Virus record (IMG/VR): IMGVR_UViG_3300030107_007542
Coordinates: 32,001-96,000 of that record
Source: a virus
Length of the DNA stretch: 64,000 bases
Reading direction: 5' to 3' (one strand)
A model generated the notes under the pieces. That model had not been told where the DNA came from. It saw only the letters and a program-made list of their open reading frames with translations, and did not search any database. Each line of letters starts with the position of its first letter. Positions within the stretch are counted from its first letter, which is position 1. Positions 18,501-26,141 of this stretch are shown piece by piece. The position numbers were made by a program, and so were the translations under genes.

Positions 18501-19784
18501 AGCGTGAATATTTCCAGTCACCGCAACATCGCCGGATGAAGATACCGAAGATCCAAAGACAGCTGTCGAAGATCCTGAAAGGCTCCCTGTCATCTTAACT
18601 GACGAGACCGAGGCTGTGGCTGCCAAAGTGGTGGAGCCACTCACCTTAAGATATCCCGAAGTTTCAAAGCCCGTGGTTGAGTAATGGCGCGCTGAACCTG
18701 AGGTTCCCACATTTGTTAGGTTGGCGCCATCTCCATAGTAGGCCGTCGCGTGCACATTGCCGGTAACAGCTAAGTCTCCGGATGAAGAAACGGAGCTTCC
18801 AAACCGCGCAGTCGAGGAGCCCGACAACGTACCAGTCATGTTAATGGAGGAAAGAGACCCGGTTGCTGCAAGCGTCAGTGCGCCCGTCACATTAAGCGTA
18901 CTTCCAAGTGTGGTTGCCCCCACAACGATAAGGGCTCCCGAGCCAGATATCGAACCGGGCACGGTGACAGTGTGAGTCGGTGTGGCAGAAGAGCCAAGCG
19001 TTACACTACTGGTAGTATAAGCCCTGGTTGAGTTGACTTGTGTAAAGATTCCGCCGGCGGTTCCCACTGCTGTGGATGCAATGGTAATGGCGCCCCCGGC
19101 TCCACCATCGGTAAGAGTAATACCAGATCCCGCGGTAAGGACGCGCTCTTGTGTAAGATTGGCATCAGTACTTAAAACTATATACTGTGCATTGCTGGGG
19201 GCAAACGGTACCGCAGGGGGCGGCGATGGTAGCGGAAGCGCAGCCGAGGCGGTTGTAATGGTGCCCAGCTCAAGCTGTTTGGTCATCTCTCCACGTACGC
19301 GGAAAGTTCCCTTACGTGCTTTTACACACTCAGCGCTAATCTGAAACTTGTGCTCTACCTGGCCAAAGTAATATCGGGTATCATTATAGGTTCGAACAAT
19401 TTCATAAAACTCATCCCCGTATTGAAGGAAATCCCCTACTCGAACAAAAAGGTTTTGATCGTCGGTGATTCTTTTACGATTAAAGTTAACAGTGAGCTTT
19501 GTCTGGTATTCATACCCGTACCGCTCGTTGGTTTGCTCGTTCTCTACGGTAACATATGCGTAGACTCGTACGGGCGGCAGAGTAACCTTATCAACCGCTT
19601 CACCATATAAAGGATGGTAATTGGAATCTTCTAAACTAACCGGATAATACGCAACTGTTTGGCCTACAACGCGTTCGGCTAATTCATCATTAACCTGCTT
19701 AACAAGGTCACGCTCCTTCTTCCCAAAGAACATGGGAGGAGGAGCGGATTCAGGTTGATTCCATTTATTTACCGGTTCCGACAT
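15507..19784 (-). CDS. Neck/head-closure (T4 gp14-like) domain fused to a long repeated fibre
   Basis: The first ~165 aa (ELAERVVGQTVAYY...LYGEA...PVRVYAYV...VRVGDFLQYGDEFYEI...YFGQ) resemble gp14-type neck proteins. The remaining ~1250 aa are fibre repeats. Confidence 0.7.
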   Translation of the reverse strand: MSEPVNKWNQPESAPPPMFFGKKERDLVKQVNDELAERVVGQTVAYYPVSLEDSNYHPLYGEAVDKVTLPPVRVYAYVTVENEQTNERYGYEYQTKLTVNFNRKRITDDQNLFVRVGDFLQYGDEFYEIVRTYNDTRYYFGQVEHKFQISAECVKARKGTFRVRGEMTKQLELGTITTASAALPLPSPPPAVPFAPSNAQYIVLSTDANLTQERVLTAGSGITLTDGGAGGAITIASTAVGTAGGIFTQVNSTRAYTTSSVTLGSSATPTHTVTVPGSISGSGALIVVGATTLGSTLNVTGALTLAATGSLSSINMTGTLSGSSTARFGSSVSSSGDLAVTGNVHATAYYGDGANLTNVGTSGSARHYSTTGFETSGYLKVSGSTTLAATASVSSVKMTGSLSGSSTAVFGSSVSSSGDVAVTGNIHATTYYGDGSNLTGVDSVSGSARQYSSTGMETSGYLKASGSVTFAGTGSFSSVNMTGSLSGSGTSRFVGSISSSGDLAVTGNVHAAALYGDGSNLTGLPGGANSYVQFNNAGALGGDANFTYNGSLVHVGANLRIYGNTILGDSSADTVTLNGVAAGTSNTVLVLDGSDLIKTDSIDSRVWGATLVDATGTPADNQVGVWTDANTMEGSSALTFNGSLLSSSAGAQFVGNSVFGGTVGISGATTLAATASASSINMTGTLSASHTAVFGSSISSSGDVAVTGNVHATTYYGDGSNLTGVDAVSGTARQYSSTGMETSGYLKASGSVTFAGTGSFSSVNMTGSLSGSGTARFGGSVSSSGDVAVTGNVHAASYYGNGSNLTGISADRVDVTSSTGDVNYSIVFTEGFQTNGTLGLGGNAALVYNPNDAVISSSAGLQALGASVFGGTVSVSGATTLAATASVSSVNMTGTLSASHIAVFGSSISSSGDVAVTGNVHATTYYGDGSNLTGVDAVSGTARQYSSTGMETSGYLKASGSVTFAGTGSFSSVNMTGSLSGSGTARFGGSVSSSGDLAVTGNVHGAAFYGNGSGLTNISADKIDVTSSTGDINYPIVFTEGFQTNGTLGLGGNTALVYNPNDAVVSSSAGVQAVGPSVFGGTLAVSGATTLAATASVSSVVATGSISGSSTLQAVGATTLGSTLNVSGNTIIATSASVGTTSPSAQLHVSGAQKEVLFRVDGLPTGTGNTGTWLLLTGSRGADGAAGASLGIGTNDPQYALDVNGYISIGRSGGAYIMINDDADTWIRFGHAGSDSMQFRAGGLNFLEFDENGLDIARINPDGVDIDFQVATLNNDYTIFAEGSTDRVGIGTQTPSHTLTIAGAVSGSGVLQAVGNTVFGGQMAVSGGVQYQVTTVTSNTHLTASNATMYQVVSGGTATITMILPSASVANNYQYAIKRHALMSGSVVITGSDHSNVIDGNANVTLTSPGASLFLISDGNQWNIF
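16501..17780. repeat. Tandem 630-nt (210-aa) duplication within the neck-fibre gene
   Basis: GCAGTTGCTGCTA recurs at 16501, 17131 and 17761. The two units are near-identical in protein (SGATTLAATAS...GGT.. V). Confidence 0.9.
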
Positions 19785-19877
19785 TTAGTTACCCCGCTTA
19801 TAAGCTTGCTGCCTATTGAATAAAGCTCATGGTAACTAGATAGTCTGCCGAGTATCTTACTCCTAGAATTGTTGCTC

Positions 19878-19937
19878 TTACTTCCACCGAAACGCTTGAG
19901 TGTTAACAGGGGTGAGTTGCATACCATCTTTTACCAT
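19878..19937 (-). CDS. Possible 19-aa micro-ORF (MVKDGMQLTPVNTQAFRWK)
   Basis: ATG preceded by GGAGAGG in an otherwise unexplained intergenic gap. Confidence 0.35.
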   Translation of the reverse strand: MVKDGMQLTPVNTQAFRWK

Positions 19938-19952
19938 AGCCTCTCCGTCCCG

Positions 19953-20399
19953 TTAGTCGTTAATGCCTGCGGATCCGGACCAGTTTCTACCAGCTGGAGA
20001 GTTGTTCACCTGGAAGTCAATGTTTCCGGAAGCAATACCAGTAAGGCCTGCGACAACCGAAACATTGTCAGAGCCACTTAAAAAGAGTTGAGTAAGCTTA
20101 AGATCGAGGCGTACGGGGCCAGAACCACTAGACATCGGTATCTCGATAAACCGGTTTCCATGACCGGTCGCTGCCGGCTGTCCTGCGACGCCGCCGCTGC
20201 TAAAGCCAACACGCACGCTATTCCCGGCGCTATCAAGATTTGAAATCATGACCCAAGAGGTTACATTGCCAAAGTCAAGTTGTGCGATCGGCTCTGCATC
20301 TTTTCTACAGTTGATGCTTCCAGATGCCCAAGGCTTGCCACTCACCTGATAGGATCCTACATTTTGAAGGCCTACCGTATATTTCGTAAAATTTGCCAT
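19953..20399 (-). CDS. Hypothetical, probably structural, beta-rich protein (148 aa)
   Basis: Clean ORF with a GGAG SD and an upstream promoter-like motif (ACTAATTATT, 20416-20425). Rich in SG(S) motifs like the other virion proteins. Confidence 0.7.
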   Translation of the reverse strand: MANFTKYTVGLQNVGSYQVSGKPWASGSINCRKDAEPIAQLDFGNVTSWVMISNLDSAGNSVRVGFSSGGVAGQPAATGHGNRFIEIPMSSGSGPVRLDLKLTQLFLSGSDNVSVVAGLTGIASGNIDFQVNNSPAGRNWSGSAGIND

Positions 20400-20454
20400 T
20401 ACATTTCTCTCCGTAAATAATTAGTTCCCAAATTTGGGTTTAACAAAACATTTT

Positions 20455-20661
20455 TCAACGCTTACGCCTTTCAAGCTTCTGTCGGGCCCGGATGGCCTTC
20501 TTTCTTTTTATCTTTCGTTTAACCGAAGGTTTGATATAATAGCCCGTTCTTTCCTTATAGGTCTCTAAGATTTTATCATTCTTTACTTTTCGGGTGAACC
20601 GGCGAATAAGCTTTTCGCTAGATTCTCCGCGCCTCAGCTCAACACTAACATTTGTGGCCAC
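20455..20661 (-). CDS. rpsU: Phage-encoded ribosomal protein bS21
   Basis: 68 aa, highly basic: V.LRRGES.EKLIRRFTRKVKND.IL.TYKER..YYIKPSVKRKIKRKKA.R matches the bS21 pattern (GES.E..LRRF.R.....L.E...R..YEKPS.KRK). Confidence 0.85.
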   Translation of the reverse strand: MATNVSVELRRGESSEKLIRRFTRKVKNDKILETYKERTGYYIKPSVKRKIKRKKAIRARQKLERRKR

Positions 20662-20668
20662 AGTCTAC

Positions 20669-21109
20669 CTACTTTCTATCTTTTACATCGCTCATGTGTG
20701 CAGTCCAATTGCGACCAACCGCGCCGAACAAACCATCAATACTCACGCCAGCGTCGCTTGGGTCAACATTGGCGAGGGGAGCTGCCTGCTGGCTCATCTC
20801 ACGTTGGGCGGGTGCCGGGGTGGTTCCCTCAAAGAGATCGATTCCATTATAAGCTTCTTGGCCAATCGCCGACATAAGCTGCTTCTTGTGCTCCCTGAGT
20901 TTATCTGATGCTTTGTTTCCAAAAGCGTTTTGATTCATTCTTTCCAAAACAGGATTTGGTTTTGGCTTGGGCACCTCAGTGGTTGCAGTGCTCATCCCCC
21001 GAGCGACTTCGCTAATTATTCCCGAGAGCACGCCATCTTCAAACATCACTTCTTTTATACACTCTGTGATCAATGGTTTTAAGATTTTCTTTAACTCTGA
21101 TTTTTTCAT
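20669..21109 (-). CDS. Hypothetical head-associated protein (likely start MKKSELKKILKPLITECIKE)
   Basis: Part of ORF 20669..21133. ATG at 21109 overlaps the upstream stop (ATGA). Confidence 0.7.
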   Translation of the reverse strand: MKKSELKKILKPLITECIKEVMFEDGVLSGIISEVARGMSTATTEVPKPKPNPVLERMNQNAFGNKASDKLREHKKQLMSAIGQEAYNGIDLFEGTTPAPAQREMSQQAAPLANVDPSDAGVSIDGLFGAVGRNWTAHMSDVKDRK

Positions 21110-21876
21110 GTAATACCTGATAATTCCTTCCATCGAGCCTGTTCTATGATTCGTGTCGCCTCAAGGGCGCGCTCATCAAGCATACGAACAATATTGTTTT
21201 CGATTTCTTCTGTAACCTTAAGGGAGTGCGACTTTGCCCAGCGCGTGATGGCATTAAGTAGCTTTCCCAGTTTTTCCTTTTCGATGCCAGTGGCGCCGCC
21301 GGAGCGTAACTGCTGGAGGGCACCGTTTAAACTGTGCTCTTTCCCATCGGGGTGATTGTAGATCGCGACGTTAGCTTCATCTAAAAAGTTAATAAACTCC
21401 TCTGCTATCATCTGATGAGCCTGATTGACATGCTCCTCTTCCATGATCTTAACACCCTGCTTCGTAAGTTGTTGGGCTACATGCTTTAAGATTGTAGAAC
21501 GAACAACTCCCTTGATCTCTGGATCAGTGCCTCCCATTTTATCAACGAAACTCTGAAGGCTGACGCCTCGCTTGCCTTTCAATATAGGAATGGCCTTGTC
21601 TTCGGAGCCAGTGGAGGGACCGGTTGTTGGAGGGGTATCTGTCGGAGGTTCCCCAACCGGGGTGCCGCCTGGCTTTTCTGTGGATTTTGCTCCTGGCCTA
21701 TGATAGATAACAGGTGCCGTATCCTTAATTTTGGCTGGCTTTCCTCCTCGCAACTGGCTCATAGCGCGCTGGAGTGTTGTCGCACCAGGAATACCAGAAA
21801 GGTTCAACTCATTCATTTCACTCTGAATGGTTTCTACCAACTCCTGATATATTTCCTCCTGCGTAACAGTGGGCAC
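21106..21876 (-). CDS. Hypothetical protein, candidate capsid-internal protein (256 aa)
   Basis: GTG start, a Pro/Thr-rich linker and several (I/L/M)-x-E sites. Located in the head gene block. Confidence 0.65.
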   Translation of the reverse strand: MPTVTQEEIYQELVETIQSEMNELNLSGIPGATTLQRAMSQLRGGKPAKIKDTAPVIYHRPGAKSTEKPGGTPVGEPPTDTPPTTGPSTGSEDKAIPILKGKRGVSLQSFVDKMGGTDPEIKGVVRSTILKHVAQQLTKQGVKIMEEEHVNQAHQMIAEEFINFLDEANVAIYNHPDGKEHSLNGALQQLRSGGATGIEKEKLGKLLNAITRWAKSHSLKVTEEIENNIVRMLDERALEATRIIEQARWKELSGIT

Positions 21877-21879
21877 GAC

Positions 21880-23817
21880 TTACTCCGATTTAATTCCAGC
21901 CAAGACCTTCCAGCGATCAAGACTACGGGACTCAGAAAGTTGCTGAGCCTCCTGCTGTTGCTGCTGCTGTTGCTGCGAAACCTGAGCGCCCTGTTGGGTG
22001 AGATCAGCTTTCATGGCTTTCACGATCTTACGAATAAGTTGTTTCTTTTGCTTATCTGATACATCTGGTTTAAAGATTGGTTCTGACTGGGCAGAGAGCA
22101 TGGCGCGCTTGAGATGCCAGTTAAGGCTCCGATGGCGCGCTCCTCTGCCTTGTGAGGCGCCGACATTAATAAGATTGCCCTTCTTAGATTTATAGCGGCG
22201 CCGCGGCTTTTGGGTGGTACCGGCTACGCGTTGAGCCAACTTGTCTTCAGGGTTGCGGGAGATATTACCCTCAGAAAGGCCAGCATAGTCCTTCGACGTA
22301 TCTAGATCAAAATAGTCGGCGCCCTTGATGGCTTGCCCCGGAACCCATTCGTCTTCAAGTCGAATCAGGAGGGTCTCAAGTGCAGCTTCATCAATTTCGA
22401 CATTGTTCTCAGAGGCAAATTCCCTGAACATTTTTTCAACGATATCGTTAACTTTTATCTCATACGGGCCATCAAAATCTGGTGGTGGCGGATCCTCTCC
22501 CGGGCCTTCTTTGCAGTCCACAGGATTGAGAGTGTTCATCAAATCGTTCAAAGCCTGCGCACGAGAAGACTTGAGTCCCTTTATTCGAATTGCCTTTACA
22601 GCTGCTGCAGAGGCCAGCAGTCCGATACCCAATACACCGGTGGCCCAACTGGCTGCTGCAGCGGTGGCCGCACCAGCAGCGGCTGCGGAACCTCCGCCTT
22701 GAGCCATAGTCTTGACAACCGTCTTGCCGATATCAACGCCGGCGCCGGCTGCGGTTGGGTCCCAAGCGAGACCTTTGATGGCATCAGGTCCAAAAAACTG
22801 ACCCAAGGTCTGAGATCCCGCTTCGGGACTGGCCATCATTTGATTCCAGTTCTTTAACCAGGATGCAGGATTGCGACCCAACTTGGCCATGGCTTCGGGT
22901 CCGATGCCTGCGGCTTGCATGTCTTGTAACATGGTAGCCACAGGAACATCCGCGCCATAATGGCCCGGGTTAGCCTGAAGCAGTCGGCCCAGCATCTGAG
23001 TGGGGCCTTCGCCAGGCTTAACATTTAATACCTTACTGAGGGTTTGGGTTATAACTTTGGGGTTCGCGCCCTTCTTTGTCACAAGCTCTAAGAACCATGG
23101 CTGATTGACCAAAATGTGACCCATACCGGCGGCGGCTCCACCCAAAGCCAAAAGTGCAGGAAGCAGATTAGACTTGAGGCCCTTAATAGTAGAAGAGTCT
23201 TTTCCGGTTAAACGCGGGGATGCCTTCTTTTCTGCGGGGTCATCTTCGCCCGCAGCAATTGCGGCCCATCGTTCTTCGCGAGAGGGGCGACCAAAAAGCT
23301 CATTTAATTCCTCTTTTTCTTGCTCCGTAAGATGCTTATAAACATCTGACAGATCGTAATCTAGTGTTTTTTGCACCACCTTTCGAAGGTCATCAATAAT
23401 AGCATTGGCGATCTGACATGGAAGATATCCCTCTTCTCCTTCCTTCTTAGCGGCCGCGAAATGCAGCGAAGCAAAGAAAGCCCCTATCTCCTGCTGCGCC
23501 CTAATAAAATCTTCCTGACTTTCTTGATTAGGGTATTCGGGGTGCTCTTCTTTGAGTCTATCGAAAAACCCCTTGAGAGTCGCGTTCTCGGCCTTGTCCA
23601 TAATAGCCTGGAGTTCTGCGCTGGCTTCTTCAGAGGCTTTGCCTCGGCCAAGGATCTTGCCTCCTTTTTCCAGGCTGCCCAGCTTGCCCAGCTTATACTT
23701 AATTTTTTGCCAAAGGCCGGCTTCGTTGAGATATCCAGCCTCGTACATTTCATCCCAAACAATAATTTCTCGAATTAAGTTACGAGCCTGGGCTTCAGTT
23801 AAAAGTTTCCTCTCCAT
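21880..23817 (-). CDS. Candidate internal/ejection protein with hydrophobic segments (likely start MERKLLTE, 645 aa)
   Basis: GGAG SD 7 nt before ATG 23817. Two long Ala/Gly/Leu hydrophobic stretches, a poly-Q run and the C-terminal RWKVLAGIK. Confidence 0.7.
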   Translation of the reverse strand: MERKLLTEAQARNLIREIIVWDEMYEAGYLNEAGLWQKIKYKLGKLGSLEKGGKILGRGKASEEASAELQAIMDKAENATLKGFFDRLKEEHPEYPNQESQEDFIRAQQEIGAFFASLHFAAAKKEGEEGYLPCQIANAIIDDLRKVVQKTLDYDLSDVYKHLTEQEKEELNELFGRPSREERWAAIAAGEDDPAEKKASPRLTGKDSSTIKGLKSNLLPALLALGGAAAGMGHILVNQPWFLELVTKKGANPKVITQTLSKVLNVKPGEGPTQMLGRLLQANPGHYGADVPVATMLQDMQAAGIGPEAMAKLGRNPASWLKNWNQMMASPEAGSQTLGQFFGPDAIKGLAWDPTAAGAGVDIGKTVVKTMAQGGGSAAAAGAATAAAASWATGVLGIGLLASAAAVKAIRIKGLKSSRAQALNDLMNTLNPVDCKEGPGEDPPPPDFDGPYEIKVNDIVEKMFREFASENNVEIDEAALETLLIRLEDEWVPGQAIKGADYFDLDTSKDYAGLSEGNISRNPEDKLAQRVAGTTQKPRRRYKSKKGNLINVGASQGRGARHRSLNWHLKRAMLSAQSEPIFKPDVSDKQKKQLIRKIVKAMKADLTQQGAQVSQQQQQQQQEAQQLSESRSLDRWKVLAGIKSE

Positions 23818-23821
23818 CTCA

Positions 23822-24418
23822 TTACTCCAATATGCTATCAAGCATCTGTACAATTTTGTTTTTGCGCTGAACGTTTTCATTCATCAGCTTGCTTTCCTGT
23901 AGAGACATAAAAGCGTTAGGGGTTGATGGCTCCGATACAATGTCAAAGCAGATTAACTGAAAATCATCTTCTACGATCGTCTTGCCCTGCTGCTCTGTGA
24001 CCGAGCCCATGCCTCGCGACGAGATTCCGATCTTAACTCCTGACTCCACAAGCGAGCGGAGGATTTGACCAGAGGGAGTGTTAAGAACTTTGCACTTGCC
24101 CATGACATTCGCGCCTTCCATCCAGACCTTGGTAACCATATGTGACACATTGGCAAGGTTGATAATAGAAGACTCAGGATGATCAAGTTCTCCCAAGGCG
24201 CGATTATCTTCCACGATGCTGGCGTACTTCTTTACTTCGCGAGTAAGAATAGGACCTGGGTAAATGCGCCCGTTGCCATTTTGGCAATCGGCTTCTTGAA
24301 GTTTTCCAGTAAGCATCATGCCACCTTCTGCGACAAAACGCTTCTCAGCCTCTGTCAGCAAGTCCTGGCATATACCGCCTTCGCATAGTTCATAATATTC
24401 TCGTAATAGTTTGGCCAT
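23822..24418 (-). CDS. gp21: Prohead maturation protease (T4 gp21-like)
   Basis: Contains N.NGRIY, GELDHP...INL.NVSH, GKCKVL.TP.G.IL and GISSRG.GS...FDIVSEPS. Confidence 0.93.
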   Translation of the reverse strand: MAKLLREYYELCEGGICQDLLTEAEKRFVAEGGMMLTGKLQEADCQNGNGRIYPGPILTREVKKYASIVEDNRALGELDHPESSIINLANVSHMVTKVWMEGANVMGKCKVLNTPSGQILRSLVESGVKIGISSRGMGSVTEQQGKTIVEDDFQLICFDIVSEPSTPNAFMSLQESKLMNENVQRKNKIVQMLDSILE

Positions 24419-24464
24419 GGTTGTTCTCTCACTTTAACGTGGTGCCTTTCAGCCCCACAGATAT

Positions 24465-24515
24465 TCAGCTACCCTTGCAGCAGCGTCGGACAGGCTGTAG
24501 TTTCCATTTCTGCAT
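24465..24515 (-). CDS. Possible 16-aa micro-ORF (MQKWKLQPVRRCCKGS) nested in the end of the membrane protein gene
   Basis: AGGAGGT SD 7 nt before an ATG in an alternative frame. Confidence 0.45.
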   Translation of the reverse strand: MQKWKLQPVRRCCKGS

Positions 24516-24831
24516 TGTCCTTACCTCCTTTATGAATCAAGCTGATTCCCTCATCATCTACAATCGCGCTGAGAAAGTACGAAGTACCCGCACTAATACA
24601 GCCGCAAATGAACGCATTTACGATCGTATAATCAAAATTAAATAGTTCTGTATATGGACTTACGCCCCAAAGAAACACACCGACCCAAAATCCCATGCAT
24701 AAAGTACAGTGGAATAACTTACCTAATCCCCAGTACGTACCACATTTTGGACGTACGCGACTAAAGATTGAGCCGTATACAAGCATAAAGGTCATGCCGT
24801 AAGCGGCAAGCACAAAATAAAGCAATTCCAT
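24469..24831 (-). CDS. Small multi-TM membrane protein with CxxCxxxW motif (DUF1360-like), 120 aa
   Basis: Likely start MELLYFVLAAY at 24831. Hydrophobic helices and FHCTLCMGFWVG. Confidence 0.7.
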   Translation of the reverse strand: MELLYFVLAAYGMTFMLVYGSIFSRVRPKCGTYWGLGKLFHCTLCMGFWVGVFLWGVSPYTELFNFDYTIVNAFICGCISAGTSYFLSAIVDDEGISLIHKGGKDNAEMETTACPTLLQG

Positions 24832-24832
24832 T

Positions 24833-25339
24833 TTAGTAACGATAACGGAGTGGGTAATAATAATACCCGGGCCGCATTGAGCCTTTCTCCGAATACTGTG
24901 GCACTTCGCCGTATTCGGTGGAGTTCCGGTCGTCTGGGTGAGTGTACATATTTTCGAGTTCTTTCTCGTAGTCGTCGGCCACTTGCTCTGCGCTAGACTC
25001 ATGTTGAATGAACTCCGCAATCACATAAACAGCCGCTTGGAGTGAATTAATCTGTTCGCTGGAGTGTACAACACCTTCTAGAGAACGAAAGATGTTTCCG
25101 CCCTGAATAGTTGCTCGATCTAAAATACCCTTATCCGCTAGCATTTCTAGAAGACGGTTCTGATAATCATATACATCTTCTGTCGCTGTAGTCTTTGGGA
25201 AAGTTACCACTTTCATCTGTTCTGGCATTACCGCAATATCAATCTTGTTGTGATCCATAATAAGAAGAGACCCATCAAGCGCCTTGCGCGCTTTGAGTTC
25301 AACTGTCGCCTGCGGGCCTCCAATCTTAATATTAATCAT
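24833..25339 (-). CDS. Hypothetical protein of the head module (likely start MINIKIGG)
   Basis: Part of ORF 24833..25348. The start overlaps the upstream stop. Confidence 0.7.
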   Translation of the reverse strand: MINIKIGGPQATVELKARKALDGSLLIMDHNKIDIAVMPEQMKVVTFPKTTATEDVYDYQNRLLEMLADKGILDRATIQGGNIFRSLEGVVHSSEQINSLQAAVYVIAEFIQHESSAEQVADDYEKELENMYTHPDDRNSTEYGEVPQYSEKGSMRPGYYYYPLRYRY

Positions 25340-26141
25340 GAGCGGCAAGCTCCTGGACCAATTCCTGGGTTTTTAAGACCTTGTTGAGATCTGTCTCTGT
25401 AAATTCTCTCTTTCGAAATCCTTCCAGATATTCCACCACATTCTCGACCTTTTGTGAGATGAGAGGCTCTAACTCAGTCTCTCCAGCTTCTTTGAGCAAC
25501 GCCATCAACCTGGTCAATTCTTCATTGAGGTAGAGCCGCAACTCAAAGCCGTCATCGGCAAAGCTTGTGATATAACGATTTAGTAAATCCTTCTGCTCTT
25601 GGAGAAGATCTCCGTACTTGTTATTAAACTTATTAATAAAAGAGCGATAAGTAAGATTGTCAATCGACTTAAGATTGTCCGATTCAGTGATAACCTTCTG
25701 TGACATCCTATCAACGATGGCCTCTTCAAAGAGGACCTTTTGTTTAACCGGGGCCTTTTTATTAAAAATAGAGCTTATAGAAGCTAACGTTTTAAAGTTG
25801 GGAACAAAATTAGCCCACACATGCTGGCCAAGATTTTTATTGATCGCCGCAATAACCTGCGATTGGGCATCAAAAATATTCTCTTCGCTTAAGCCTGCGC
25901 GTGCAGATTTAATCTCTTGCAACATTCTCTCAGCAACGTTGCGCTGAACGTTTCTAGTTTCTAATAATGCAGAATACAGCTGCATCTCGGCATGGAGAAG
26001 AGTCCCCCTGCTAAAGTGCTCCTTGAGAATATCCATAATTGCAGTGCTGCGATTCTGATTTTTCTCCACCGTAGCCTTGGTAAGTTCTTTAACCAGTGCC
26101 TCATAGATAAAAGCTGTATTACGTTTCTTGTTGTGTTTCAT
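25332..26141 (-). CDS. Hypothetical helical protein of the head module (269 aa)
   Basis: Clean ORF between portal and protease genes, overlapping the portal stop. Confidence 0.75.
   Translation of the reverse strand: MKHNKKRNTAFIYEALVKELTKATVEKNQNRSTAIMDILKEHFSRGTLLHAEMQLYSALLETRNVQRNVAERMLQEIKSARAGLSEENIFDAQSQVIAAINKNLGQHVWANFVPNFKTLASISSIFNKKAPVKQKVLFEEAIVDRMSQKVITESDNLKSIDNLTYRSFINKFNNKYGDLLQEQKDLLNRYITSFADDGFELRLYLNEELTRLMALLKEAGETELEPLISQKVENVVEYLEGFRKREFTETDLNKVLKTQELVQELAAHD

Noticed and set aside
23800-23823. 7-codon ORF MRWRGNF overlapping the protease stop (TAATG)
   Set aside because: It is very short, and the ATG at 23817 has a well-spaced SD and opens the long ORF.
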